Assembly: GCA_963726265.1 (NCBI GenBank)
Contig: CAVSBQ010000002.1
Span: 512,001 to 576,000 of the forward strand
Reading direction: 5' to 3'
From: Candidatus Aenigmatarchaeota archaeon
GTDB taxonomy: Archaea > Aenigmatarchaeota > Aenigmatarchaeia > QMZP01 > QMZT01
DNA length: 64,000 bases
The stretch's first letter is position 1, and every line of letters begins with the position of its first letter. Of the stretch, positions 28,821 through 38,453 are shown piece by piece. The notes below the pieces were generated by a model. The model was not told the DNA's origin, ran no database searches, and saw only the letters and a list, made by a program, of their open reading frames with translations. A program made the translations under genes and the position numbers.

Positions 28821-31193
28821 TTAGGCGCACGGATGGTTCACGTAGTTAAGCGTATAATCAATTTTTTTATCCGCATAGCGCAGGGTGAACGTGTAGGGTT
28901 CTGGCGGGTCCCTGGCCGGGTCAGTTCCCAGCAGCATGTCTGCAGCATAAGGGCCATACGTCCCCTTGAGGCCTTCGAAATGCAGGAGCTTTGCATGCGT
29001 GGCCGACTGTATGGAAAGCTCTGACTTGAAGCCTTCTATCTGGCTCAGTTTCTCGAAATTGTAGTCTATGCCAATCATGTCTCCCGAACATATGCTGTCT
29101 CCTGTCCCCAGTACACCAGTCCTGTCGGATGAAAACACGATGCTAACGGTTTCGTAGGAAGGGTATGTGATGTTCTGCAGGGCGGCGCTTGACGCCATCT
29201 CGGTTGCCAGCGTGCTCATCGTGCCCTGCAGCGCCTCCGCGTAACCTGCCAGTATGTTCGATGCCTCCAACTGGACATTAATTTTCTCCCTTGCAATGGC
29301 TATGGATTTCATCGACGTGTTGAACGTTTCCAGCATCAGGTAATATGTTATTGCCATCAGAAGCAGGTTCAGCGAGAGCTTGATGAGATTTGCTGCAGGG
29401 CTTTCCATGGCCTCGCATATGGGGCCGATCACGCCTGCAGCGGCGCCCTGAGTTACTACCAGAGCGAGGAACGACATCACGGCGCACAGCCATTTGCTCC
29501 ACGAGGGCTTCACCGCGTCCCAGAAGCTCTGACCTACGCACTGCAGGGCATAATCATCTATGAGCGAGTTGATGGTGGGGACTTGGAGCTTGCTGGTTAT
29601 CTCCCCCTTTTCGAACTTGTCCAAGTTCTGGGTTTCCTTCTCTATCGCCTTTATGCCCTTGTCCGCCAGGCAGTTGATGACGGACGGGCCGTATTTGGTG
29701 ATGACCGCTATTATCCTGTTCCTGGTCCCCTCCGCCGGACCCCAGCCATACGTCTTCAGCAGCTGGTTGAGCGCCTCTTTCAGGTTGCCCGTGGTTAACT
29801 GGAGTAGCAGCTCTGTCAGTAAGCAGCAGCTGCTTATGAAATCGGCCAGCCACAGCGCCTTGCCTATCCATCCCTGCACGTCGTTGTCCTGTATCCACTT
29901 CAAAAGGCCCTTGTTTTTTTCAAGGACGTTCGTGGTGTTGAGGACGTCGCTAAGCAGCGTCCCTTCGAGCGTGACATCGGTCTTCGCCGACACGTTCCTG
30001 TAATAGTTCAGATACTTGACGTCGAGGAAGACCGCCAGCTCTATCGTCCTGCTGCTCTTGTCCGTCTTCTTGGCAGGCAGCGGCAGCTTCTCGAGCGGCA
30101 TGAAGATGGGGCACTGGTACCTGACGCCCGTGATTTTCCTGCACGAAGTCAGGGTTATGTCGCCGGCGCCGATCCTGTATCTCGCCTCGAAAACGCTGAG
30201 CTTTTCGGGGACGTTTCCGGTAATGGTCGCTGTAACGTTCTGCTGCGGTTTGCCGGGAACGCATGTGCCGTCCTCGTCTATTATCTGGCATTCGAGCTTG
30301 CTGATTTTGGACAGCTGGAGCGAAAGGTCAAGTTCCTGCGAGACGAGCGTGGTCGCGAAGCTGTCAGAAATGTTGTAGGCCTGCGTCCTGGCCTGGACGG
30401 CGACCGTTACCTCTGTACCGTCTTCGCATGTCCCGAAAAGCGTGTTGGGCACGACAAGCGTGCACAGGTAGATATCCTCCGTCCCTTCGCCTTCCCGGCT
30501 CAGCATCTTCTCGCATTCTATGCCGCCGGTTTGTATGCCGCTCACGGAAAACGACCACAGCAGGCTGCCGAAGAGCGTTTCCGCGTGGCTTATCACGACC
30601 GGGACGTCTATCTGGCTGCCGGTCCTGCAGTTTATCTCGGGGACGCCGTAGGCGGGCTGGGAGACTGCGAAATCGACTGCCAGCGAAGGCTGCGTTCCTG
30701 ACTCCGAGATGGTGAGCGTTTTTTCGTCCGCTGCCTCCGCCTTCTTGTCCAGGTAGGAAAGCTCGAGCGTCAGGTAGAACTTGTTCTGCGCGTTTTCGAG
30801 CGGGCATGACGGGAGTTTGGAAAGCAGCTCCTTGACGCTGAGCCTGCAGGTTATTTCCTGGTTGCTGATGAGGCCGGCCTTCGGATTGCACGAAATAGAA
30901 GAGGACACGTTGTAGTAAACGTCGTTAATGATGTCGTGGACCGAGGCCTCTGCGCCTGAGACGTCGAATTCCGCCACGTTCTCGACATAGGCCCTGAAGG
31001 TTATGTAGCCTGAAGACTCGCAGTTCACCGGCTCGAGCTCATCGAGTATCTTGAGCACGGGCTCGAAGGCGAGGCTCGCCTTCCTCTCTTTGAACACGCC
31101 GCCGGCCTGGTATGCCGAAACGAGCGTCAGGGAGAATATCAGATAGCAGGAAAAGACGGCGATGAAAACAATCAGCGGGCGTTTTGCTTCCAT
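28821..31193 (-). CDS. Secreted/membrane Cys-rich protein, paralog of the C-terminal half of the giant protein
   Basis: N-terminal signal ending LVSA; motifs INC..GS, EDIYLCTL, KLECQI, YQCPI, VKY mirror the giant protein; hydrophobic helices near the C-terminus. Confidence 0.8.
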   Translation of the reverse strand: MEAKRPLIVFIAVFSCYLIFSLTLVSAYQAGGVFKERKASLAFEPVLKILDELEPVNCESSGYITFRAYVENVAEFDVSGAEASVHDIINDVYYNVSSSISCNPKAGLISNQEITCRLSVKELLSKLPSCPLENAQNKFYLTLELSYLDKKAEAADEKTLTISESGTQPSLAVDFAVSQPAYGVPEINCRTGSQIDVPVVISHAETLFGSLLWSFSVSGIQTGGIECEKMLSREGEGTEDIYLCTLVVPNTLFGTCEDGTEVTVAVQARTQAYNISDSFATTLVSQELDLSLQLSKISKLECQIIDEDGTCVPGKPQQNVTATITGNVPEKLSVFEARYRIGAGDITLTSCRKITGVRYQCPIFMPLEKLPLPAKKTDKSSRTIELAVFLDVKYLNYYRNVSAKTDVTLEGTLLSDVLNTTNVLEKNKGLLKWIQDNDVQGWIGKALWLADFISSCCLLTELLLQLTTGNLKEALNQLLKTYGWGPAEGTRNRIIAVITKYGPSVINCLADKGIKAIEKETQNLDKFEKGEITSKLQVPTINSLIDDYALQCVGQSFWDAVKPSWSKWLCAVMSFLALVVTQGAAAGVIGPICEAMESPAANLIKLSLNLLLMAITYYLMLETFNTSMKSIAIAREKINVQLEASNILAGYAEALQGTMSTLATEMASSAALQNITYPSYETVSIVFSSDRTGVLGTGDSICSGDMIGIDYNFEKLSQIEGFKSELSIQSATHAKLLHFEGLKGTYGPYAADMLLGTDPARDPPEPYTFTLRYADKKIDYTLNYVNHPCA

Positions 31194-31259
31194 GATTAAT
31201 TATTTGGCTGCGTACAATTTTAAACCAAACTTATAAATTTCCCTCGTTCAATTATAAAC

Positions 31260-32507
31260 ATGGCAAAGATAGCCAGGGAAAAGACGGAGGCGCTCGAAAA
31301 CGACTCCGATGAAGGGGCGTTCGAAGAAGCCCCGAAAATCACCGAGAACGATAACGATGCTCCCGTAAAAAAGGCGGCGAAGGGCAAGAAAGGCGAGAAG
31401 GAAAAACCCTACAACAAGACGGAGGACGAGAAGAAAAGGGTACTGATCATAAAGAATTTCACCAAGGAGGTCCTCAAGAAATACGGCTCCATGGTGCGCT
31501 CTGTCGTGCTCTTCGGCTCGAGCGCGCGCGGCTCATGGCACAAGGAAAGCGACATCGACGTTTTCATAATCATAGACGACACCAAGCACAAGATTTCCCC
31601 CGCTTTTAAAGAACAGATGGAGGAGGAGCTTGACGTCATCGCGAAAAGGCTTTCGGACAAGCTCTCGGTCCAGCAGCCCTATATGCTCACGGAATTCTGG
31701 AACATGGTGAGGATAGGCCATCCCATCGTGTTCAATTTCATCCGCGAAGGCGTCCCTGTTTTCGACAAGGACATCTTCCTGCCGATAAAACGGCTTCTCC
31801 AGATGGGCGAGATAAAGCCGTCTAAAGAAGCGGTGGAAAAATACATAGACCGCGCACCCAAAAGGATAAAGAGGGTTGAGAGCGCCAAGATGTATATGGT
31901 GGCGGAGGACTGCTATTACGCCATGCTGGAGAGCCTGCAGGCGGTCCTCATGTTCCTAGGGAAGAATCCTCCCAGGCCCAGCGACGCACCCGACGCCATG
32001 AGGAAAACGCTCATCGACATGAAACTCGTGAAGCCCGAATACGCGGAGTGGATGGAGGGCATGGTGAAGCGCAGGAAGGAAATAGAGCACAAGAACCTGA
32101 AATCCATAACGGGCCAGGAGCTTGACGACTGGATAGACAAGTCGAAGAAGTTCGTGAAGGAGATGCAGAAGACGCTCGTGCGCGTCGAAGTGCTGAAGCG
32201 CGAAAACCTGATAGAGAAATCATATGCCATAATGGCCGAGACCATAATGACCATCCTGAAGTCGATGGACAAGACGCCGGAAAGGGAGGAGAAGCTGAGC
32301 GAGTATTTCGAGACCTACGTCGTGAAGCCGGGCCTCGTCGCCGATACGTATCTCGAAGTCTTCAACGAGCTGAGCAAGATGAAGAAGCTGGTCAAAGACG
32401 GCAAGATCCTCGACCTCCAGAAGAATGACATCCTCATGCACAGGGAATACGTCAGGAAGTTCATCAAGGAAGCGGGCAGAATACTCAAAGGCAAGATAAA
32501 GACGTGA
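31260..32507 (+). CDS. Nucleotidyltransferase (MNT)-HEPN fusion protein
   Basis: VVLFGSSARG..ESDIDVFIIIDD, then CYYAM..LQAVL and R-x4-H (RKEIEH). Confidence 0.8.
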   Translation: MAKIAREKTEALENDSDEGAFEEAPKITENDNDAPVKKAAKGKKGEKEKPYNKTEDEKKRVLIIKNFTKEVLKKYGSMVRSVVLFGSSARGSWHKESDIDVFIIIDDTKHKISPAFKEQMEEELDVIAKRLSDKLSVQQPYMLTEFWNMVRIGHPIVFNFIREGVPVFDKDIFLPIKRLLQMGEIKPSKEAVEKYIDRAPKRIKRVESAKMYMVAEDCYYAMLESLQAVLMFLGKNPPRPSDAPDAMRKTLIDMKLVKPEYAEWMEGMVKRRKEIEHKNLKSITGQELDDWIDKSKKFVKEMQKTLVRVEVLKRENLIEKSYAIMAETIMTILKSMDKTPEREEKLSEYFETYVVKPGLVADTYLEVFNELSKMKKLVKDGKILDLQKNDILMHREYVRKFIKEAGRILKGKIKT

Positions 32508-33053
32508 TTACTTCTTCAGCTTTTTTATCATTTCCAGGATTTTCTCGACGACCTGTTTCGGAGCGAGGCGGGTCGTGTCGATGACGACATCGTAATGAGA
32601 TTTATCGGTGAAATCGTTTATGCCGTAGTATTTTTTGTACCTCTTGCGATCGCTTTCTGTTCTTTTCCTTATCGCTTCGAGCGCCTCGCTTAGCGTGTCC
32701 TTCTTTCTTTCGTCGGGCCGCTGGTCATTGAAAATTCTCTTGGCCCCGGTCATCGTGTCGACATCGAGAAAGATTTTAAGGGACTGCGGAATGAAGTGGA
32801 AGCCGAGCCTGCTTTCTATGACGAAATCATTCTCTTTTTCAGCCAACTTTTTCTGGTATTCGTCCGCTTCCGTGTCGGTCCAGGCCTCCTTCATGCCTAT
32901 CTCGTTCAGCTGTTCCAGCGTCAATCCTCTCTCCATCGCCATCCGCCCTCTCAAATCGCCAATGGAGTAAAACTTCATGCGCAGCTTTTTGGCGAGCAGC
33001 TTCGCGACGGTCGTCTTGCCAGAGCCAGGCATCCCAGAAATCGTTATTATCAT
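32508..33053 (-). CDS. cmk: Archaeal cytidylate kinase
   Basis: MIITISGMPGSGKTTVA, VIESRL, RYKKYYGI, YDVVIDT motifs. Confidence 0.92.
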   Translation of the reverse strand: MIITISGMPGSGKTTVAKLLAKKLRMKFYSIGDLRGRMAMERGLTLEQLNEIGMKEAWTDTEADEYQKKLAEKENDFVIESRLGFHFIPQSLKIFLDVDTMTGAKRIFNDQRPDERKKDTLSEALEAIRKRTESDRKRYKKYYGINDFTDKSHYDVVIDTTRLAPKQVVEKILEMIKKLKK

Positions 33054-33080
33054 GCTTCCCCTTCCTGCACCCTGCGAAAA

Positions 33081-33968
33081 TCATCTTACCATGTCGGCGA
33101 GCTCGTGCAGGATGTCGACGATGTCCTTCTCGCGGTTCGGCGTCTCGAAGATGAGCGTCCCCTTTATGCTCATGGCCTGTATCGATTTGACCAGGTGCTC
33201 CAGCTTCATCTCGGAGCGCGCGAGCGGCTTGTGCTGCAGCGCTCCATTACGGTCGTACGAAATGCCGGAAAAGATGAAATACGCGTCGTTCAGCCAGTGC
33301 TGGCCTACCTCGGCGCGCACCTTGTCGATTATCCTCCTGAAGTCGGTTTCGTGCGTGAGAAGGCCGCGGTCTCTCGCGTGTATGTGCGCCCAGTTGAGGA
33401 CCGGCTCCGTCCTAGTCGTGCGCTTCACCATGTCCACGACGTCCTCGACGCTTCCCAGCTCGTCTATCCTGCCCGTCGTCTCTATCCCGAACCTCGAGCG
33501 TATCCTCATCTCGTTCACTATCTCGTTTATCTTGTAGACGCTCAGCTTCAGCGCCTGGTTCTGCGGCATGCGCGGATAAAAGGTCGGGTGGACGACGAGC
33601 GTTTTCGCGTCCATGACGTTCGCTATGTTGCAGTATATCTTGAGCGCGTTGTCGAGCATCGGCTCTTCCGGGAACGAGTTGTTGTGTATGGAGAGCTCGA
33701 TGTTGTATTTGCTTGCTATGGTCTTTATCTTGAGCAGGTTCGTGTAGTGCTCCTTGTAAAGCGCTGAAACGTCCTTTACGTTGTCGAACAGCTGCCTCGG
33801 CAGCAGGAAGGCGCGGAAGCCCACGCGATACAGGTCCTCGAGGACGCTGAGCGCCTCGCTCGGCTTCTTCACCACCGGAATCCTTGAGCTGCCGTAGGCT
33901 ATGCCTATTCTCATCCCTAAACGTTCCTGGATTTTGAGGCTCTTCTTACGGATAAGCATATCTGCCAT
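33081..33968 (-). CDS. Endonuclease IV-like TIM-barrel protein with several substituted metal ligands (start may be 33914)
   Basis: LSIH, VVHP, ETTGR..LGS.ED, WAHIHAR, FSGISY, ETP match the archaeal Nfo-like pattern. Confidence 0.75.
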   Translation of the reverse strand: MADMLIRKKSLKIQERLGMRIGIAYGSSRIPVVKKPSEALSVLEDLYRVGFRAFLLPRQLFDNVKDVSALYKEHYTNLLKIKTIASKYNIELSIHNNSFPEEPMLDNALKIYCNIANVMDAKTLVVHPTFYPRMPQNQALKLSVYKINEIVNEMRIRSRFGIETTGRIDELGSVEDVVDMVKRTTRTEPVLNWAHIHARDRGLLTHETDFRRIIDKVRAEVGQHWLNDAYFIFSGISYDRNGALQHKPLARSEMKLEHLVKSIQAMSIKGTLIFETPNREKDIVDILHELADMVR

Positions 33969-34050
33969 CTTCCTATAATTAATTATTGGCCGAGCCCATA
34001 GAAATAGATAACTATGTCACAGGAAATGTTTAAACATGGCCAATTTTTAA

Positions 34051-34800
34051 CTAAAAACCGGGGACTTCTGCAAGATTTCCTATCTTTTGATATATGCCAT
34101 CCTTTCCGCCAAAGGTTTTTCTTGCCCAATTCTTCAGTGCCGTATAGTATGCCCCAGGGCCCAACAGAGAATAACCTCTGATATCCTCTGCGATGTTCTC
34201 TGTAAAGGCCTCATTCATCTCCGTGCTAATTTTTTGAGCCACCCCTATGGCCGAGAGCGCATGATGCGTTGGTTCGTGTGTTAAAACGTATCTTGCTGTC
34301 TTCCGAGGATTTTCCATCAGTCTTATCTCCTCTTTAGCGATTCTTATGTAATCATTAAGGAAGTTTCTTTCATCTGATCCTATCTTTGTTTTTTTGCGGA
34401 GAAGTCTTGCCACATAGATCGCTTCCTTGTATTCATTGAGCTTCTCCTTATTGTAGGGCCCTTCCAAAAATTTCGGCTTTATGCCTATGAATTTTTTTCT
34501 GTTTTTTGCTTCCACATAAATTCCCATTGTACCGCTTTTGAAAAGATTCGGAATTCTGTAAACCTCATTTCCACGTCCAAGCTTGAAGTATTCTTCGCTT
34601 TCTGGCTCCGGCATAAGGAAAACGCCATTTGGACCTTCGGAAAAATGATAGGGTGGTATGCCGGTGTTTCTGGATAGAGTTTCATTTACTTCAGCTGTTC
34701 CGGCTTTTACATGTTCCATTGCTTTTTTAACTGCTTCCTGCTCCATTGGGCCATAAAGCTGATTTATCCGTTCTTGCGCATCGAATGCCATATCAACCAA
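34051..34800 (-). CDS. Hypothetical protein with gluzincin-like HExxH...NExxxE motif
   Basis: LTHEPTHHAL...MNEAFTE; more AT-rich than neighbours. Confidence 0.6.
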   Translation of the reverse strand: MVDMAFDAQERINQLYGPMEQEAVKKAMEHVKAGTAEVNETLSRNTGIPPYHFSEGPNGVFLMPEPESEEYFKLGRGNEVYRIPNLFKSGTMGIYVEAKNRKKFIGIKPKFLEGPYNKEKLNEYKEAIYVARLLRKKTKIGSDERNFLNDYIRIAKEEIRLMENPRKTARYVLTHEPTHHALSAIGVAQKISTEMNEAFTENIAEDIRGYSLLGPGAYYTALKNWARKTFGGKDGIYQKIGNLAEVPGF

Positions 34801-34950
34801 CCATCGCCTCTTCTAATTTATCTATCTTTTTTCGCAGCTTTAAAAATCTTTAGCCACCGCCGAGTGATTATAATTTTGATTATAATTTTCAGGCGCAAAG
34901 GAAAAACGCTCTAATTTATACCAGTTCAGCCAATAGGATAAATAGATAAC

Positions 34951-35382
34951 ATGCAGGTAAAAGAGATAATGAGCAAGAACGTGATAACGGTCGACCCGGA
35001 CGCAACCCTGCTCGAGGCGGCCAAGAGCATGGTGGACCACAACACGAAGTTCCTCATAGTGACGCACAAGGAAAAGCTCATCGGCATAGTCACCGAGTGG
35101 GATTTCGTAAAAAGGATAGCGACCGGCACGAAAGCCATACTGGACGCCAAGCTCGAAACCATAGTAACGAGAAAGGTCATCGTTATTTCTCCGGAAATTG
35201 AAGTTGAGGAAGCGGCGGAGATAATGGTAGCGAACAACATAAAGAGGCTGCCCGTGGTGGAGAACAGCGTGCTCATAGGCGTCGTGACGGCGACGGAGAT
35301 AATGGCAGCCGAACCGAAGCTGGTCGAGCAGATAACGGAGCTTTTTGTCACGAGAAAGGGCCAGAAATCGATGGCGGGCTAG
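34951..35382 (+). CDS. CBS-domain pair protein
   Basis: VKEIMSKNVITV, GIVTEWD, IKRLPVV..LIGVVT..I motifs. Confidence 0.93.
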   Translation: MQVKEIMSKNVITVDPDATLLEAAKSMVDHNTKFLIVTHKEKLIGIVTEWDFVKRIATGTKAILDAKLETIVTRKVIVISPEIEVEEAAEIMVANNIKRLPVVENSVLIGVVTATEIMAAEPKLVEQITELFVTRKGQKSMAG

Positions 35383-35390
35383 CAGCCGCT

Positions 35391-35969
35391 TCAAATCAGC
35401 GCCACCGTAAACATCACAAGGCCTGACGCCAGCGGGATTGTAAGATTGTCGTCGATGCGGGGCACGAGTTCGGCGGCCGCTGCCGCAAAGGCCCCGGCAA
35501 GCGCAAGATACGGGTTGACAAAAAACGCGCCTGCGGCCAGCGAACCCACGAAGCACGCCAGCGAGCCCTCGAGGCTCTTGCTGCCTATCATGTGCTTCCC
35601 GAATTTTTTGCCTGTTAAGGTCGAGAGCGCGTCGCCGACCGCGAGCATCGCGCACGCGGCCGAGGCGATGTGAAACGGGAAGAAAACAAAGGCGAGGGTG
35701 CACCCGGTGTAAAAGAAAAACGCGCCCGCGAACGGGCTCGCCTCGCTCCTCTCGAATTTCAGGGTGAACTCCCTGAACCTGGATTCGAACCGTCCCAGGA
35801 AGCTTTCGAGCTTCTTCCCCTCACTGCTGACGTACCATGCATAAAGGAAGAAGAACAGCGAGATGAGGAAGAAATAAACGATGCTCGCCACCCTTCCCAC
35901 GAACTGCGCGAATATGACGAAGACGATGCCTGAGACGTGGAGCATCTGTCTTTGCAATTCGAATCTCAT
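35391..35969 (-). CDS. Polyprenol/phytol/dolichol kinase (CTP-dependent, Sec59/DGK1-like)
   Basis: RQMLH, GDALSTLTGKKFG, KSLEGS, DDNLTIP motifs. Confidence 0.85.
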   Translation of the reverse strand: MRFELQRQMLHVSGIVFVIFAQFVGRVASIVYFFLISLFFFLYAWYVSSEGKKLESFLGRFESRFREFTLKFERSEASPFAGAFFFYTGCTLAFVFFPFHIASAACAMLAVGDALSTLTGKKFGKHMIGSKSLEGSLACFVGSLAAGAFFVNPYLALAGAFAAAAAELVPRIDDNLTIPLASGLVMFTVALI

Positions 35970-36033
35970 GCATTGGATTATGCTGAGCTGTTTTAAAAAA
36001 TCAAATTAATATCCGGGCTTCAAGATTATACTG

Positions 36034-36636
36034 ATGCGCGCCAGAATCAGGTTCGACAAGAGGCAGAAAAGGCTTTTCGAAACGCTGCTGTTCCTGCTAA
36101 AGCTCCTGGCCTTCGCCATACCGCTCTGGGCAATACTCTCCTTCCAGAACGTCCTTCTGCCGCTCCAGGAGATGGTAAGCCAGAACGCGCAGGCGCTCCT
36201 TCAGGCGCTTGGCTTTGCGGTGTCGAAGGACGGCTTCCTGATAAGGGCCGACGGGATACTCTTCTTCATCTCCGAAGACTGCACGGGCTGGAAAAGCATG
36301 CTGCTGCTGACGGCGCTGATTTGCGCAGTGCCGCGGGTTGGGGTGAAAAAACGGTTCTGGGGCCTGGCCGCCGGCATCCCTGCGCTCTACGCCGGCAACC
36401 TTGCAAGAATCCTGCTCATGATACTCGTCTGGAACGCGTATGGCTTCGAACTCGCCATGACGCTGCACAATTACCTGTGGCAGGCGGGCCTTATCGCGCT
36501 TGTCCTGGCCCTATGGATTGCCTGGCTCTACTGGGCCGGAAAGCTTGAAAAAACGCTTTTAAAACGCCCCCACAAATTAATAAAACCGAAAGGGCGAAAG
36601 AAGAAAGCAAAGGAAATAAAGCATGTAAAAAGGTGA
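36034..36636 (+). CDS. Archaeosortase/exosortase family membrane protein
   Basis: ISEDCTGWKS (catalytic Cys), GNLARI (Arg), LHNYLWQ (His) within a multi-TM protein. Confidence 0.8.
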   Translation: MRARIRFDKRQKRLFETLLFLLKLLAFAIPLWAILSFQNVLLPLQEMVSQNAQALLQALGFAVSKDGFLIRADGILFFISEDCTGWKSMLLLTALICAVPRVGVKKRFWGLAAGIPALYAGNLARILLMILVWNAYGFELAMTLHNYLWQAGLIALVLALWIAWLYWAGKLEKTLLKRPHKLIKPKGRKKKAKEIKHVKR

Positions 36637-36640
36637 CCTC

Positions 36641-37480
36641 ATGGAAGAAATCGTCGGTCTGATACCTGCAGCGGGCATAGGAACACGGCTATACCCCTTT
36701 TCCCGCGCAGTGCCCAAGGAAATGTACCCCATATTCGGCAAGGCCGTGATAGAGCACACCATAGAGAACCTGAAGATCGGCGGCGTCAAAAAGATTTACG
36801 TGGTCGTAGGCTACCAGAAGGGCGCGCTCATGGACTACATAGGCGACGGCTCGTTCTTCGGGGTCAACGTCGTCTATCTTTACCAGATGATGCGACGTGG
36901 GCTTGGCCACAGCATACTCCAGGGCAAGAAATGGATAGACAGGACGTTCGTCACGCTGCTCGGCGACTCCTTCATAGAGCCCAAAAAGGAAATAAACGAG
37001 CTAATAGAATACCACAGGAAAGAGAAACCGCTCGCGACGGTCATGCTCTTCGAGGTCGGCGACGTCGCTGGCTACGGCATCGCGAAGTTCGCAAGCCTTG
37101 AAAAAGGCAAAGGCAGGATAGCAAGGATGGTCGAAAAGCCGTCAAAGGGCGATGCAAAACGTCTGAAGACCGGGGGGAAGTTCTACGCGCTCTGCGGAGC
37201 ATACGTGTTCGAACCCAGGATTTTCGACTACATTGAGAAGACGCCGGCTGGCATAAAAAACGAGGTGCAGCTTACCGATGCGATGGCCCTTGCGCTAAGG
37301 AAAGGCGAGAGGATAAACGGCTTCATTCTCAAGGGCAAATACCTCGACATCGGCAAATGGCATACTGTCAGGGAAACGGAAAAATTCATGGGCAGCATCA
37401 TGGATATGGAAAAGCATTACGAAGAGCGTGAAAGGATGATGGAGTTCGTCAAGAAGAGCGAGGAAGAGAATGGCAGGTAA
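36641..37480 (+). CDS. Sugar-1-phosphate nucleotidyltransferase (GalU/RmlA-like)
   Basis: [38 protein letters not shown]. Confidence 0.92.
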   Translation: MEEIVGLIPAAGIGTRLYPFSRAVPKEMYPIFGKAVIEHTIENLKIGGVKKIYVVVGYQKGALMDYIGDGSFFGVNVVYLYQMMRRGLGHSILQGKKWIDRTFVTLLGDSFIEPKKEINELIEYHRKEKPLATVMLFEVGDVAGYGIAKFASLEKGKGRIARMVEKPSKGDAKRLKTGGKFYALCGAYVFEPRIFDYIEKTPAGIKNEVQLTDAMALALRKGERINGFILKGKYLDIGKWHTVRETEKFMGSIMDMEKHYEERERMMEFVKKSEEENGR

Positions 37481-38411
37481 GACCATCATCGTCACGGGAG
37501 GAGCGGGCTTCATCGGCTCCCACCTATGCGAGAAGCTGCTGGAAGGCGGGAACGACAAAGTCATTTGCGTGGATAACCTGATAACGGGCAAGGCCGAGAA
37601 CGTGAAGCATCTCACGAAAAATCACAATTTCACTTTTCTGAAGCACGACGTCTCAAGGCCGCTTAAAATAAGCGGCAAGATCGACCAGCTTTATCACCTT
37701 GCATCGCCTGCCTCGCCGGTCGATTACCAGAAGCTTCCGATCGAGACCATGCTTGCGAATTCTTTCGGTACGAAAAACATGCTCGACCTGGCGAATGAAA
37801 AGAAAGCGAGAATCCTGCTCGCTTCCACGTCGGAAGTCTACGGCGACCCGGAGAAACATCCGCAAAACGAGGACTACTGGGGACACGTCAACCCCGTCGG
37901 CCCGCGCTCGTGCTACGACGAGTCCAAGCGCTTCGCAGAGGCGCTGGCCATGGCTTACCACAGAATCCACGGCATCGATGTCAGGATAGCGAGAATTTTC
38001 AATACCTACGGCCCGAGGATGCGGACCAACGATGGAAGGGTTATACCCAATTTCATAACGCAGGCGCTGAAAAACGAACCGATAACCGTTTACGACGGGA
38101 AGCAGACCAGGAGCTTCTGCTACGTCTCTGACATGGTCGACGGCCTAGTCAGGCTTATGGAATCCGGCTTCGCCGCAGAGCCGTTCAATCTGGGCAACCC
38201 CGATGAAAGGAAGATAATAGACGTGGCGAAAAACATCAAACAGATAACAGGATCAAAATCCGAGATAGTTTTCAGGCCTTTGCCGCAGGATGACCCTGCA
38301 CGCAGGCGACCTGACATAAGCAAAAGCAGAAAGAAGCTGGAGTGGGAGCCGAGAATCGGGTTCGATGAAGGCCTGAAAAAGACTATCGAATGGTTTAGCG
38401 GAAATTGCTGA
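37470..38411 (+). CDS. UDP-glucuronate decarboxylase (UDP-xylose synthase)-like SDR
   Basis: [56 protein letters not shown]. Confidence 0.9.
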   Translation: MAGKTIIVTGGAGFIGSHLCEKLLEGGNDKVICVDNLITGKAENVKHLTKNHNFTFLKHDVSRPLKISGKIDQLYHLASPASPVDYQKLPIETMLANSFGTKNMLDLANEKKARILLASTSEVYGDPEKHPQNEDYWGHVNPVGPRSCYDESKRFAEALAMAYHRIHGIDVRIARIFNTYGPRMRTNDGRVIPNFITQALKNEPITVYDGKQTRSFCYVSDMVDGLVRLMESGFAAEPFNLGNPDERKIIDVAKNIKQITGSKSEIVFRPLPQDDPARRRPDISKSRKKLEWEPRIGFDEGLKKTIEWFSGNC

Positions 38412-38453
38412 TTCTGTTGCAAATATTTATTCAGAGAATCTCAATTCTATTGC

